Assembly: GCA_030696105.1 (NCBI GenBank) | Contig: JAUYNJ010000004.1 | Coordinates: 77,872 to 141,871, forward strand | Origin: a bacterium | GTDB lineage: Bacteria > Patescibacteriota > Patescibacteriia > Patescibacteriales > UBA12465 | Reading direction: 5' to 3' | DNA length: 64,000 bases | In this document: piece after piece, positions 49,634 to 59,384 of the stretch | Numbering within the stretch: position 1 is the stretch's first letter | Layout: each line of letters begins with the position of its first letter | The notes under the pieces: generated by a model | Database searches by the model: none | Seen by the model: only the letters and a program-made list of their open reading frames with translations | What the model was told of the DNA's origin: nothing | Program-made: the position numbers and the translations under genes

Positions 49634-51715
49634 TTACTTAGCAGTTTTTTCCTTGATGGTTTCTAACACATTTCTCGGCACTTCACTGTAATGTGAGAAT
49701 TCCATTGTGTAGTTTGCTCTACCCTGTGACATGGAGCGTAAAGAAGTCGCATAGCCAAACATTTCTGCTAACGGCACTTTCGCCTTAATCGCCTTAATCT
49801 TTAATGGGCGATCAATCATCTCTTCAATTTGTCCTCTCTTTGAGTTCAAATCACCGATGATGTTACCCATATAATCTTCAGGAGTAGTTACTTCAACTTT
49901 CATTATCGGCTCGAGTAGTATCGGCTTTGCTTTCTGACAGGCATCTTTGAAGGCGAAGATAGCAGCCATTTTAAAGGCGATTTCGGAAGAGTCGACTTCA
50001 TGATAACTACCGTAGTAAACGGCGACTTTGACATCAACCATTGGGAAGCCCGCAACAACACCAGAGAGTAAACCTTCTTTAACACCTTTTTCAATCGCCG
50101 GAATATATTCTTTCGGAATGACGCCACCTTTAACTTCATCGAGGAACTGATAACCCTGACCTTCACCGGCTGGTTCAACACGGAGCATACAATGTCCATA
50201 TTGTCCGCGTCCACCGGACTGCTTTGCATATTTATGTTCAGCTTCAGCGGTCTGAGTAATTGTTTCGCGATAAGAAACCTGAGGCTTACCAACGTTCGCT
50301 TCGACACCGAATTCACGGCGCATACGATCAACGATGATATCAAGGTGAAGTTCGCCCATACCGGAGATGAGAACTTGATTTGTTTCCTCATCAGTCTCAA
50401 CACGGAAGGTTGGATCTTCTTCGGCTAAGCGCGCTAAAGCGACGCCCATCTTTTCTTGATCAACCTTAGTCTTAGGTTCAACGGCAATTTTGATAACTGG
50501 CTCTGGGAAGATGATAGATTCGAGTAGCAGTGGGGAGTCTTCATCGCTGAGGGTATTTCCAGTTGTCGTATTCTTTAAACCAATAACAGCCGCAATATCA
50601 CCAGCGTAAATTTCTTTAATTTCTTCACGGTGATTCGCGTGCATACGCACAAGGCGTCCAACACGCTCCTTATTACCAGTAGAAGCATTAATAATGTATG
50701 AACCCGACTTCAACACACCCTGATAGACACGGACGAAGCAGAGCTTACCAACAAAGGGGTCGGTTGCAATTTTAAAGGCGAGCCCGACGAAAGGTGAATC
50801 ATCGTTAGCTCTAATCGGAGTCTTTTTTTCGGGGTCAGAGACATCAGTCGCATCAACCTGAGCGACGTCAAGTGGCGATGGTAAAAATTCATTAACGTAA
50901 TCGAGGGCAAACTGAACACCAATGTTTTGCAAAGCAGTACCGCATAAAACCGGATAAATCGCGTTTTCAATCACGCCCTTGCGAATCGCTTTCTTAAGTT
51001 CTTCAACGCTAATCTCTTCGCCACCGAGATATTTTTCCATTGTCGTTTCATCACACTCAACTGCTTTTTCAACTAACTCCGCACGGAATTTTTCAACCTT
51101 TTCAACCATGTCCTCTGGCATTGGTACTTCCGTAATGTTTTCACCAAAATTACCAACGAAGGTATAGGCCTTACGATCAAGTAAATCAATAACGCCAGTC
51201 AAATAATCTTCAGCGCCAATAGGCAATTGAATGGCGGTGGCCTTAGGATTTAAACGAGTTTGAATTGAATTAAGACTCATGTAGAAGTCAGCGCCCATCT
51301 TGTCCATCTTATTAACGAAACAAAGGCGAGGAACTTGATACTTGTCAGCCTGACGCCAAACGGTTTCAGATTGTGGCTCTACACCCGCCTGTCCATCAAA
51401 TACTGCGATAGCGCCATCTAATACGCGTAGTGAGCGTTCAACTTCAACCGTGAAGTCAACGTGTCCAGGAGTATCAATGACGTTAATTTTATTTCCCTTC
51501 CAGAAACAAGTGGTGGCGGCGGATGTAATCGTGATACCACGTTCTTTTTCCTGTTCCATCCAATCCATTTCGGCGGCACCTTCGTGCACTTCACCAATTT
51601 TGTGCTTCTTACCTGTATAAAACAAAACTCTTTCTGTAAAAGTAGTCTTGCCAGCATCAATGTGAGCCATGATGCCGATGTTTCTGATTTTATCAAGAGA
51701 ATAATCTCGGGGCAT
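49634..51715 (-). CDS. fusA: elongation factor G
   Basis: [17 protein letters not shown] and NKMD motifs. 693 aa long. Confidence 0.97.
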   Translation of the reverse strand: MPRDYSLDKIRNIGIMAHIDAGKTTFTERVLFYTGKKHKIGEVHEGAAEMDWMEQEKERGITITSAATTCFWKGNKINVIDTPGHVDFTVEVERSLRVLDGAIAVFDGQAGVEPQSETVWRQADKYQVPRLCFVNKMDKMGADFYMSLNSIQTRLNPKATAIQLPIGAEDYLTGVIDLLDRKAYTFVGNFGENITEVPMPEDMVEKVEKFRAELVEKAVECDETTMEKYLGGEEISVEELKKAIRKGVIENAIYPVLCGTALQNIGVQFALDYVNEFLPSPLDVAQVDATDVSDPEKKTPIRANDDSPFVGLAFKIATDPFVGKLCFVRVYQGVLKSGSYIINASTGNKERVGRLVRMHANHREEIKEIYAGDIAAVIGLKNTTTGNTLSDEDSPLLLESIIFPEPVIKIAVEPKTKVDQEKMGVALARLAEEDPTFRVETDEETNQVLISGMGELHLDIIVDRMRREFGVEANVGKPQVSYRETITQTAEAEHKYAKQSGGRGQYGHCMLRVEPAGEGQGYQFLDEVKGGVIPKEYIPAIEKGVKEGLLSGVVAGFPMVDVKVAVYYGSYHEVDSSEIAFKMAAIFAFKDACQKAKPILLEPIMKVEVTTPEDYMGNIIGDLNSKRGQIEEMIDRPLKIKAIKAKVPLAEMFGYATSLRSMSQGRANYTMEFSHYSEVPRNVLETIKEKTAK

Positions 51716-51900
51716 AAGTATTTGTTACTTTATTTGTGAAATATAAAAAATGTGATAAATGAGTCGAGCCTGCGTCCCAAAACTTGTGGTTTTGAGTGAA
51801 GACCGAGGAAGCAAGGCGAGACTAGCGAGCCGTATTGAACATACGGTGAGTGCAGTCGAGCCGCAGCTGACGAAGGTATTTGCCAAAACCGGAAGTTTTC
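51716..51900 (-). other. unusually long, relatively GC-rich rpsG-fusA spacer with three copies of a 9-11 nt motif
   Basis: AGTCGAGCC occurs at 51762-51770 and 51854-51862, and a variant ACTAGCGAGCC at 51821-51831 (plus strand). Local hairpins CCGTAT/ATACGG and CAAAAC/GTTTTG are present. Confidence 0.4.
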
Positions 51901-52368
51901 CTACCTAGAGAAATGGGCAAAAGCTTTGTTCGCCTCAGCCATCTTATGAACCGCTTCCCTCTTCTTAACCGCTGCGCCTTCACCATTAGAGGCGTCTAAA
52001 ATTTCGGCCGCTAATTTCTCGGCCATGGAGCGACCACGACGAGCATGAGCAGAATTGATCATCCAGTGGCAGCCCAAATAAAAACGGCGTTCGCCACGTA
52101 CCTGGAAAGGAACCTGATAGTTGGCGCCACCGACACGCTTACCACGAACTTCGACTAATGGAGAAACTTTTTTCATCGCCTTGTTAAATACATGGCGAGG
52201 ATCCTGCTTTGTTTTTTCTTTGATAATATTAAAAGAGCCGTAGACGATACGTTCAGAAACGCTCTTCTTGCCATCCTGCATCACATAGTTGATGAGTTTG
52301 GTGATGTTTTTATCGTTGTATTTACTGTCCCCAGCGATATCTCTCTTGGGGGCTTGTTTTCCTCTCAT
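51901..52368 (-). CDS. rpsG: 30S ribosomal protein S7
   Basis: Sequence pattern PDSKYND-like, then GKKS..ERIVY...VEVRGKRVGGANYQVP. Confidence 0.95.
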   Translation of the reverse strand: MRGKQAPKRDIAGDSKYNDKNITKLINYVMQDGKKSVSERIVYGSFNIIKEKTKQDPRHVFNKAMKKVSPLVEVRGKRVGGANYQVPFQVRGERRFYLGCHWMINSAHARRGRSMAEKLAAEILDASNGEGAAVKKREAVHKMAEANKAFAHFSR

Positions 52369-52458
52369 AGTTACTTGAAGGTCGCATCAACAGCTATTAC
52401 TAATGCGCGCCTTATTATATATATGGATCGGCTTAATGCTTCTCCGGTATAAACAAAT

Positions 52459-52884
52459 TTATTTGCCTGCCTTTGGTTTTTTAGCACCATAGCAGCTACG
52501 TCCTTGGCGGCGAGCTTCAACGCCAACGGCATCGTAAACGCCACGAACAACTTTGTAGCGAACACCAGGAAGATCTTTTGTTTTTCCACCCTTCACGAGT
52601 ACGATGGAGTGTTCCTGTAAATTATGTCCCATGCCAGGAATATAAGTTGTAACTTCCATGCCGTTAGACAAACGCACACGAGCGATTTTACGCAACGCGG
52701 AGTTTGGCTTTTTTGGAGTGGTTGTTGTTACCTTAACGCAGACACCCTGCTTAAAAGGCGCGCCTTTTTTATTGACGTTCTTTTTACGATGGAGTGAGTC
52801 CAAAGTTGTATGCAACGCTAAAGAAGTTTGGCGTCGTTTTTTTGGTGTTCTGCCCTTGCGGACCAGTTGGTTAATTGTCGGCAT
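52459..52884 (-). CDS. rpsL: 30S ribosomal protein S12
   Basis: [12 protein letters not shown]...[11 protein letters not shown]...[11 protein letters not shown] motifs. Confidence 0.95.
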   Translation of the reverse strand: MPTINQLVRKGRTPKKRRQTSLALHTTLDSLHRKKNVNKKGAPFKQGVCVKVTTTTPKKPNSALRKIARVRLSNGMEVTTYIPGMGHNLQEHSIVLVKGGKTKDLPGVRYKVVRGVYDAVGVEARRQGRSCYGAKKPKAGK

Positions 52885-53046
52885 AATACTTCAACGGTTA
52901 TTTATAACCTCAGGATAATTTATTAATAAATGCACAATAGAGTGCAAAGAAGGACGGCCTTATCCTGACCGCTTTCTTTTTCTTAAACATTAGTTATCGT
53001 GATAACAAAATATCCTGACCTATCAGGATAGAGTTAATACCCGAAT
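52885..53046 (-). promoter_or_regulatory. rpsL 5' leader carrying four copies of TATCCTGA/TCAGGATA as two inverted pairs
   Basis: Copies lie at 52910-52918, 52960-52968, 53011-53018 and 53023-53030. The last two form a perfect 8-bp hairpin with a 4-nt loop. Confidence 0.45.
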
Positions 53047-53075
53047 ACTTTATCAAAATCAAAAAAATAAGTCAA
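53047..53075 (-). promoter_or_regulatory. putative str-operon promoter
   Basis: TTGACT (53070-53075), 17 nt, TAAAGT (53047-53052), read on the minus strand. Confidence 0.45.
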
Positions 53076-53119
53076 GATAAGCTAATAATTACCGCTCTAA
53101 TCTAAGCAGTGACTTAAGA

Positions 53120-53749
53120 CTATAAGGCGACGGTGACCGCCCGATATAAGAAGTCAATGACCGGCAGCAGATATGGAAAGCCTATCCAGGCAAATATAAT
53201 CACCAGTATGAAGCCAAAACGCTCCAATCCGAGGTATTTAAGCTTCGCAGATTCTGGCAAAAAGGCGGCTAATATTTTAGAGCCGTCAAGGGGTGGCAGG
53301 GGCAAGAGATTGAAAACCATCAGGATTAAATTGATATAAATAATCAATGACAGCAGCCCGGAAAAAGTCAGACTGATAAAGGGTAAGACGGCCAGTAATA
53401 GACCAAATATCACAGCTATAGTGAAGTTAGCAAGCGGTCCAGCGAGCGCCACTTTTGCTTCCCCATAACGTCTATCCCTCAAATTATAGGGGTTATAGGG
53501 CACTGGCTTTGCCCAGCCGAAGGCAAAAGGCATGCCAGAAACCAGCATTAACCCTGGTAAAAGGAAGGACCCAAAGAATTCTAAGTGCTTTATTGGGTTT
53601 AAAGTCAGGCGACCGGCGTTCTTGGCAGTCGGATCGCCGAGACGGTCCGCCATCCAGCCATGCATATACTCATGAATGACAGCCGAAAAGATTAAGATTA
53701 TTATCTGATATAATGTGATCATAACAAAGATATTAGTGAAATTATACAT
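53120..53749 (-). CDS. site-2 protease family zinc metalloprotease (M50)
   Basis: HEYMHG (HExxH) and NLLPLPPLDG motifs within a polytopic protein. An alternative start is the Met at 53722. Confidence 0.85.
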   Translation of the reverse strand: MYNFTNIFVMITLYQIIILIFSAVIHEYMHGWMADRLGDPTAKNAGRLTLNPIKHLEFFGSFLLPGLMLVSGMPFAFGWAKPVPYNPYNLRDRRYGEAKVALAGPLANFTIAVIFGLLLAVLPFISLTFSGLLSLIIYINLILMVFNLLPLPPLDGSKILAAFLPESAKLKYLGLERFGFILVIIFAWIGFPYLLPVIDFLYRAVTVAL

Positions 53750-53889
53750 ATAACTATGTCACAATTTTAGCATATCTTGATTAATTTTAAAAATATGCTA
53801 ATATTTAGGCATCAAACTATTTAAACAGACGGCCGCCGATAAAAGCCCGTTTTTTGGTGCATTCCTCTCGGCTGTTTCAAAATACCAAT

Positions 53890-54144
53890 ATGTCGAAACA
53901 ATGTGATTTATGCAAACGCACCGCGACTAAGGGCGCTAGCCGTTCTCATTCTAAAATCCAAACGCTCAAACGTCAGAACATCAATCTTCAAGCCAAGACT
54001 ATCGATGGCTTAAAGTTGAAGGTTTGTACTAGTTGTATGCGTACTATGGCTAAGTATGAAAGAGAAGAAATTGAGGTTAAAGCAAAAGTGAAGGCCAAAG
54101 TTGCTGCCGATAAGGCGAAGGCAGCTGCTGCTAAAGCAAAATAA
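53890..54144 (+). CDS. rpmB: 50S ribosomal protein L28 (Cys-containing form) with a K/A-rich tail
   Basis: Start at MSKQCDLCKR. It has RSHS and a second CTSC pair. The tail reads KAKVAADKAKAAAAKAK. Confidence 0.8.
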   Translation: MSKQCDLCKRTATKGASRSHSKIQTLKRQNINLQAKTIDGLKLKVCTSCMRTMAKYEREEIEVKAKVKAKVAADKAKAAAAKAK

Positions 54145-54164
54145 AATTATTTTTAAAAAGTGCC

Positions 54165-55649
54165 CTAGCGATAGGGCGCTTTTTTTATTACTTGATTCTT
54201 CCCTGCTCTTATCAAAACAAATATGATTAAGGCACAATAATAAATGCCTGCATGCCAAGCCGTAAACCAAGGCACTTCAATATATCCTCCCGGGAAGTGA
54301 GCGCCAACAGTACCGACGTATAATAAATATTTTAACAACAAATATACCGGCGACCACACCAAGAGATTCACACCTAAGAATCCAGTTAGAGTGAGCGCGA
54401 TAAGCATGACAACAACAAGTGGGCCAAACACCCAAAAAGCGAGCACGTTAGTGAAAGGTGAAATCAATGACACCCCGCCGGAAGTTAAAGCCAGTAATGG
54501 CCAGACAGCAATCTGAGCCGAGAGTGAAAGTTTAAAGGCGGAAACGAGCGTCTGCCAAAAGCGTTTTAAACTCGATTCATAGGGATAAATACGCGTTGCC
54601 ATTATCGGATTAAAGGCAATCATACCAGCGACCGCTAAAAATGATAATTGAAAACCAAGATCGTAGCGCCAAAGCAGTGGATTTTGATAAAGCATATAAG
54701 CGCCAGCGAGCACGAGTGGCAGCCAGGCCGTTTGCAGGCGCCCGCGACGCCAAGCATACAACATAATACCGCCCATCAGTAGTGAGCGCCAAGCCGACGC
54801 TTGCACACCAGTAAGCAAAACATACATAGCAGCGAAGGCTAAAGCCGGCCAAATCGCTTTCCGCTTATTCACTCCTAAATATACGGCTAAGCCGATAATT
54901 ATTTCTAGAAACAAACTAATGTGCCCACCAGAAATTGCAACAATGTGACTTAGGCCTGCCTTTTTAAAATTGTCATCATCAGTCGGTACTAAGGTATATT
55001 TATAGCCAAGTAACAAGGCGGTGGCGAGTCCTGATTCCGGCTCAGGCAAAGCGCGATTAAACACTTTTAAGCCAGCGCGCTTGGCGGCATATAATTTCCG
55101 CATAACTGCCCCTCCTTCCACCCCCTCTTTAATACTAATCACACTCGGCCACGAACAAGTCGCACCAATACCGCGAGCAGATAAATAAGCAGCGTAATCA
55201 AAGTCCTCAAATATTGCCGGCTTTTCCAAACGACAACGCAGCTCCAAGTAATCACCATAATACACTGACGGATATAGCGGCAATTTTACGGCAAGCCTCT
55301 CCTCTAAGGCTTTTCCTTGAAATACCGGTGCCGCCGGACATAAAACGAGCGATTGTCCGTCCCAGCGCTGCTCCGGATCAGCGCAGACCCAAAAGCTCCA
55401 GACCTGTGTCTCTCCAAAATATGTAGCTAGCTGCTCCCCTGGAATTTCTCTTCCCTCTACGCGCCAAAGCCCAAGCGCAAAAAAGACTAGGACAATTGTC
55501 GCCCGACGCAAACGCGGTAAGCGGCGCAACAATATCGACAATATGATAAACAAAACCGTCCAGACATTACTGCAAATACCAGGTATAAAGCTGCCTATTA
55601 CTATTCCTGCAAAAAAAGCGCTAAGGCGCCAAAAAAGAGATGCGAGCAT
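54165..55649 (-). CDS. comEC: ComEC/Rec2 family DNA internalisation channel, lacking the C-terminal metallo-beta-lactamase domain
   Basis: N-terminal DUF4131-like region and a competence domain with GLSHIVAISGGHISL. It is only 494 aa long. Confidence 0.8.
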   Translation of the reverse strand: MLASLFWRLSAFFAGIVIGSFIPGICSNVWTVLFIILSILLRRLPRLRRATIVLVFFALGLWRVEGREIPGEQLATYFGETQVWSFWVCADPEQRWDGQSLVLCPAAPVFQGKALEERLAVKLPLYPSVYYGDYLELRCRLEKPAIFEDFDYAAYLSARGIGATCSWPSVISIKEGVEGGAVMRKLYAAKRAGLKVFNRALPEPESGLATALLLGYKYTLVPTDDDNFKKAGLSHIVAISGGHISLFLEIIIGLAVYLGVNKRKAIWPALAFAAMYVLLTGVQASAWRSLLMGGIMLYAWRRGRLQTAWLPLVLAGAYMLYQNPLLWRYDLGFQLSFLAVAGMIAFNPIMATRIYPYESSLKRFWQTLVSAFKLSLSAQIAVWPLLALTSGGVSLISPFTNVLAFWVFGPLVVVMLIALTLTGFLGVNLLVWSPVYLLLKYLLYVGTVGAHFPGGYIEVPWFTAWHAGIYYCALIIFVLIRAGKNQVIKKAPYR

Positions 55650-55703
55650 CTCTTTATTATAATCAGGCTTGCTAAAATCGAAATAACAACTCTGAATTAA
55701 GAA

Positions 55704-56819
55704 TTAACCTTCGGCGCGCTGCCACTTTAAGTAAGCCGCGATGAAGTCATCAATCTCGCCGTCCATCACGGCGTCAACGTTCGTATCCTCCTGATTACTA
55801 CGGTGATCTTTCACTAAACGATTACCGTAAAACCAGTATGAGCGAATTTGTTGTCCCCATTCCGCCTTCACTACCCCGCCCTTCAAACGTTTTTCTTCTT
55901 CCTCTTTTTTCTGTAATTCGAGTTGCGCTAATTTTGAGCGTAATATGGAATAGGCATTTTCTTTGTTCTGATGCTGTGAGCGCTCAGACTGCGCGCTGAC
56001 GGTAATACCAGTCGGCAGGTGGACGAGACGAACCGCCGAGTCGGTGGTGTTAACACTCTGCCCTCCTGGGCCACTCGAACGAAATACATCAATTCGCACC
56101 TCTTCATCTTTAATCACAATATCATTCGCTGGAATTTCTGGAATAACTTCTACTGACGCAAATGATGTTTGACGCAAACCATCAGCATTAAAAGGCGAAT
56201 TTCTTAATAGGCGATGCGTGCCGTTTTCACTCTTTAAATTGCCATAAGCCCGGTAGCCACTGATTTTAAGCAGTGTACTCTTAATGCCAGCCTCCGTTCC
56301 GAGTAAACGGTCAACAATCTCAGCTTTCCAGCCTTGGCGTTCGGCAAAGCGTAAATACATACGCTCAAGCATTTGCGCCCAATCTTGCGCATCAACCCCG
56401 CCCGTGCCGGCGTTAATGCCAATAAGGGCGTCACGTTCGTCATACTTCCCAGTGAACAGTGAGGCTGCTTCCAGACGGTCAAGCTCTTTATTAAAATGAG
56501 CCGCCTTATCAGCTAAGTCCTTCAAGATAGCAGTATCATTTTCTGCTGTTGCCATCTTCGCTAAATCAAGACTATCAGCTAAGGCAGTTTTTAAATCAAG
56601 CCACTTTTGTTTATCCTTTTGCATGCCTTCAAGACGACGACTAACACTAATTGCCCTTTCTTGATCAGACCAAAAATCAGAGGCCTCCATTGCCTTTTGT
56701 AATTTCTTTATCTCTTGTTCATTATCATCAACGCCTAAATCAAACGCTAAAGCCTCCCGGCGCGTAACGAGTTCTAACAGCGTATTTTCAATATTGTCGA
56801 GATTGTGCTGATCTTCCAT
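55704..56819 (-). CDS. prfB: peptide chain release factor 2, uninterrupted ORF
   Basis: SPF tripeptide (RNSPFNA) and GGQ (SGPGGQSVN). No in-frame TGA or +1 frameshift site is present. Confidence 0.93.
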   Translation of the reverse strand: MEDQHNLDNIENTLLELVTRREALAFDLGVDDNEQEIKKLQKAMEASDFWSDQERAISVSRRLEGMQKDKQKWLDLKTALADSLDLAKMATAENDTAILKDLADKAAHFNKELDRLEAASLFTGKYDERDALIGINAGTGGVDAQDWAQMLERMYLRFAERQGWKAEIVDRLLGTEAGIKSTLLKISGYRAYGNLKSENGTHRLLRNSPFNADGLRQTSFASVEVIPEIPANDIVIKDEEVRIDVFRSSGPGGQSVNTTDSAVRLVHLPTGITVSAQSERSQHQNKENAYSILRSKLAQLELQKKEEEEKRLKGGVVKAEWGQQIRSYWFYGNRLVKDHRSNQEDTNVDAVMDGEIDDFIAAYLKWQRAEG

Positions 56820-56834
56820 ATATTAATTTTGAAA

Positions 56835-57977
56835 TTACTTTTTAAATAGATTTAAGTAATCTCTTAAAACATACAATCTATTACGCGAATGACCGGTAAG
56901 CTCCTCTAGTATTTGCAGATCGATAAGCGATTTTAGAAGCCGATTTGACGTATTAAGACCGATATTGAGATTTTCTTGTACCGATTTTGAGTTAAGAATA
57001 GGGCGCGAATACATGAAGTTAATTAATTTTTGTGCGTTTTTAGCCCTTATGCCAAGACTTAATATCTTCTGTTCATAATCTAAGCGCAGTTCAATAATAC
57101 TTTTAAAGGTATGTATACTATCATTTGCAGTATCAATAACACCACTTAAGAAAAACTTAATCCATTGCTCTAGATCGCCATTTTTCCTCACCATACTTAG
57201 TGAGTCATAATATGAACTTCTGTTCTTTTCAAAAAAAGCAGAAAGATACAGCGTTGGGGTCGTAAGTATTTTTGACTCAACTAATTGCAAGGCAATCAAT
57301 AATCTACCTATTCTCCCGTTCCCATCAAGAAATGGATGAATAGTCTCAAACTGGTAGTGGATAATTCCCATCTTAATCACTACCGGTAAATTCAAACTAC
57401 CGTTATGCCAAAATTTTTCAAGGTCGGTTAAGAGCTCGGGAAGCTCATCATGAGATGGAGGAATAAAAGAAGCATCTACAAGCGATGAGCCGCCAATCCA
57501 ATTTTGACTCCGTCTAATTTCTCCCGGGTTCTTATACTCGCCCCTTACACCCGATAATAATTTGTCATGGGTCTCACGAATCAACCTGGTACTGAGGGGC
57601 AAGGTTTTAAGTTTAAAAATTGCAAAATTTAGTGCACTAATATAATTTTGCACCTCTTCCCAATCGTCTCTTTTTTCCGGGTCAATTTCTTCTCTTGGTA
57701 ATACCGCCTCATCGATGCCCGTTTTTGTACCCTCAATCATGCTAGACTTAGTCGCTTCTCTGACAACATTCATTTGAATGAAAAAATCAACATCGGGCAC
57801 TAAATATGAGTAAGCGTTAAGCTCACCCAGGAGTCTTGTCGCCTTTTCAAGCAAAACATCAATAACTTTATCGTGCCAATCAAAATCACGATTAATAAAA
57901 GACGGCGAAAAACTTTTATATTCACCTTCTTTATTATGCAGTTGTTTTTTGTAGCTTCCAGCTGCAAATTTCTTCAT
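56835..57977 (-). CDS. fic: Fic family protein (AMPylase-type fido domain with a C-terminal wHTH-like region)
   Basis: HPFLDGNGRIGR matches HxFx(D/E)GNGRxxR. Confidence 0.9.
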   Translation of the reverse strand: MKKFAAGSYKKQLHNKEGEYKSFSPSFINRDFDWHDKVIDVLLEKATRLLGELNAYSYLVPDVDFFIQMNVVREATKSSMIEGTKTGIDEAVLPREEIDPEKRDDWEEVQNYISALNFAIFKLKTLPLSTRLIRETHDKLLSGVRGEYKNPGEIRRSQNWIGGSSLVDASFIPPSHDELPELLTDLEKFWHNGSLNLPVVIKMGIIHYQFETIHPFLDGNGRIGRLLIALQLVESKILTTPTLYLSAFFEKNRSSYYDSLSMVRKNGDLEQWIKFFLSGVIDTANDSIHTFKSIIELRLDYEQKILSLGIRAKNAQKLINFMYSRPILNSKSVQENLNIGLNTSNRLLKSLIDLQILEELTGHSRNRLYVLRDYLNLFKK

Positions 57978-58049
57978 ATTTTGGAGTTAATCAAATCCAT
58001 AGCTCCATTTTAGATGATTTTTGGAGTTAAGTCAAATTTTAGCTTCCAT
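57978..58049 (-). repeat. two direct repeats of about 31 nt in the fic promoter/leader
   Basis: The repeats are 57978-58008 and 58017-58049 (plus strand ATTTTGGAGTTAA(T/G)..CAAAT..AGCT(T)CCAT). The distal copy carries TTGACT-17-TAAAAT and the proximal copy abuts the ATG. Confidence 0.6.
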
Positions 58050-58065
58050 TTCTAATTTGTTTAAA

Positions 58066-58098
58066 TTACAAAAAACGCCGCAGTAAACAGGGCGTTTT
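58066..58098. terminator. terminator after rpsI
   Basis: AACGCC...GGCGTT stem flanked by A6 and T6 runs. Confidence 0.7.
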
Positions 58099-58127
58099 TT
58101 GATATTGAAATTGGGATAATGATGATA

Positions 58128-58622
58128 TTAGCGCTTGCTCCACTGTGGGCGCTTTCTCGCTCCTTTGAAACCAGGTTTCTTTCTTTCCTTCTTTCTGGGG
58201 TCGCGAGTCAGAAAACAGTTAAGCTTCAAAGCTTCCTTCATTAAAGGATCAAGAGTTAAGAGAGCGCGAGCAATACCGTGACGGCAAGCTTCCATTTGTC
58301 CAGTGCTACCACCACCTTTAACGATGATGGAAAAGTTAAAGTCACGAACGTGTCCAGTCACTTTCAGCGGCTGGCTGACGATACTTAAACCTTCGTTAGG
58401 AAAATATACTGAACCTTTTTTGCCGTTAATCATGATAACACCCTTGCCGTCCTTGTACATACGTACCTGAGCAACAGAAGTTTTACGGCGACCAACGGTC
58501 TTAATATAAGAACCAGTAAACTCAGCGGTATCAGGCACTGGAGCTTCTTTAACCTCTTCAGTTTCTTCAACTGCTTCAAGCACCGGCTTTTTTTCTTTAA
58601 CTGTTTTTGTTTTCGTTTCCAT
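58128..58622 (-). CDS. rpsI: 30S ribosomal protein S9 with an acidic N-terminal extension of about 35 aa
   Basis: GRRKTSVAQV...GGGSTGQ...RKKPGFKGARKRPQWSKR motifs. Confidence 0.95.
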   Translation of the reverse strand: METKTKTVKEKKPVLEAVEETEEVKEAPVPDTAEFTGSYIKTVGRRKTSVAQVRMYKDGKGVIMINGKKGSVYFPNEGLSIVSQPLKVTGHVRDFNFSIIVKGGGSTGQMEACRHGIARALLTLDPLMKEALKLNCFLTRDPRKKERKKPGFKGARKRPQWSKR

Positions 58623-58626
58623 AGGA

Positions 58627-58983
58627 TTATCTAATAATTAAGCGCTTCATCTGCGCATCGCGCAGCTTGGTCGGAGGAAGCATCTGCTTCACCGCTCGGC
58701 GCAAAACTTCGCCCGGATCTTTCGCGAAGACCTCAGACATTCTTCTGGTCTTCAAACCACCGACAAAACCAGTAAAGCTGAAATATTTCTTTTGCAGTAA
58801 TTTCTTGCCACTAAAAGACATCTTAGTGATATTTACCACTTCGACGATATCACCTTCATCAAGATGAGGTTGATATTCTGGCTTATTCTTACCGCGCAAA
58901 ATAATCGCGATCTGACTGGCTAAACGGCCGTAGGCCTGATTCGTTGCGTCAAGTTTATGGATTTTTCTTTCGAATGTGTTCAT
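58627..58983 (-). CDS. rplM: 50S ribosomal protein L13 (short, 118 aa)
   Basis: LDATNQAYGRLASQIAIILRGK motif. Upstream of rpsI. Confidence 0.9.
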   Translation of the reverse strand: MNTFERKIHKLDATNQAYGRLASQIAIILRGKNKPEYQPHLDEGDIVEVVNITKMSFSGKKLLQKKYFSFTGFVGGLKTRRMSEVFAKDPGEVLRRAVKQMLPPTKLRDAQMKRLIIR

Positions 58984-59006
58984 ATATGGTTATGATTGCG
59001 CGTAAA

Positions 59007-59357
59007 TTATACTAACTCGATCTGAACCATCTCGGCGCCATCTCCCTGACGCGGTCCGAGCTTGGTTGTGCGGGTGTAACCGCCGTTGCGAGTAGCGTAG
59101 CGAGTCCCTAAAACTTCCATTGCTTTTTTAACTGCATTCTTCTGAAGCAAAACTTTAATTAAGCCGCGACGAGCAGTCAAATCACCAACTTTAGCTGAAG
59201 TAATCATCCTTTCAACTAAAGGACGGACTGCTTGAGCCTTAGCCTTAGTTGTTTTTACTTTTTCATAAATCAGGATGCTTGAAGCCAAGTTACGAAGCAT
59301 GAGTTCGCGTGGTCCTTTTTCCCGGTCTAAGATTTTATTCTTGTTTCTGTGGCGCAT
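59007..59357 (-). CDS. rplQ: 50S ribosomal protein L17
   Basis: MRHRNK...LASSILIYEKVKTT...GGYTR motifs. Confidence 0.95.
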   Translation of the reverse strand: MRHRNKNKILDREKGPRELMLRNLASSILIYEKVKTTKAKAQAVRPLVERMITSAKVGDLTARRGLIKVLLQKNAVKKAMEVLGTRYATRNGGYTRTTKLGPRQGDGAEMVQIELV

Positions 59358-59384
59358 ATTATAAGTATTATGTGGGAAGCGTAA

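Noticed and set aside
51759-51908. A 49-codon plus-strand ORF (MSRACVPKLVVLSEDRGSKARLAS...) spanning the rpsG-fusA spacer.
   Set aside because: It is antisense to a highly expressed operon. It has no SD sequence or promoter, and it overlaps the rpsG stop. It is more likely a by-product of the GC-rich repeats.
55704-56819. The possibility of an alternative genetic code (UGA recoding, as in some CPR lineages) or a programmed +1 frameshift in prfB.
   Set aside because: RF2 with intact SPF and GGQ motifs is present as one uninterrupted ORF. TGA also terminates ORFs at sensible positions (for example 2399 and 3654), so the code is standard and there is no frameshift.
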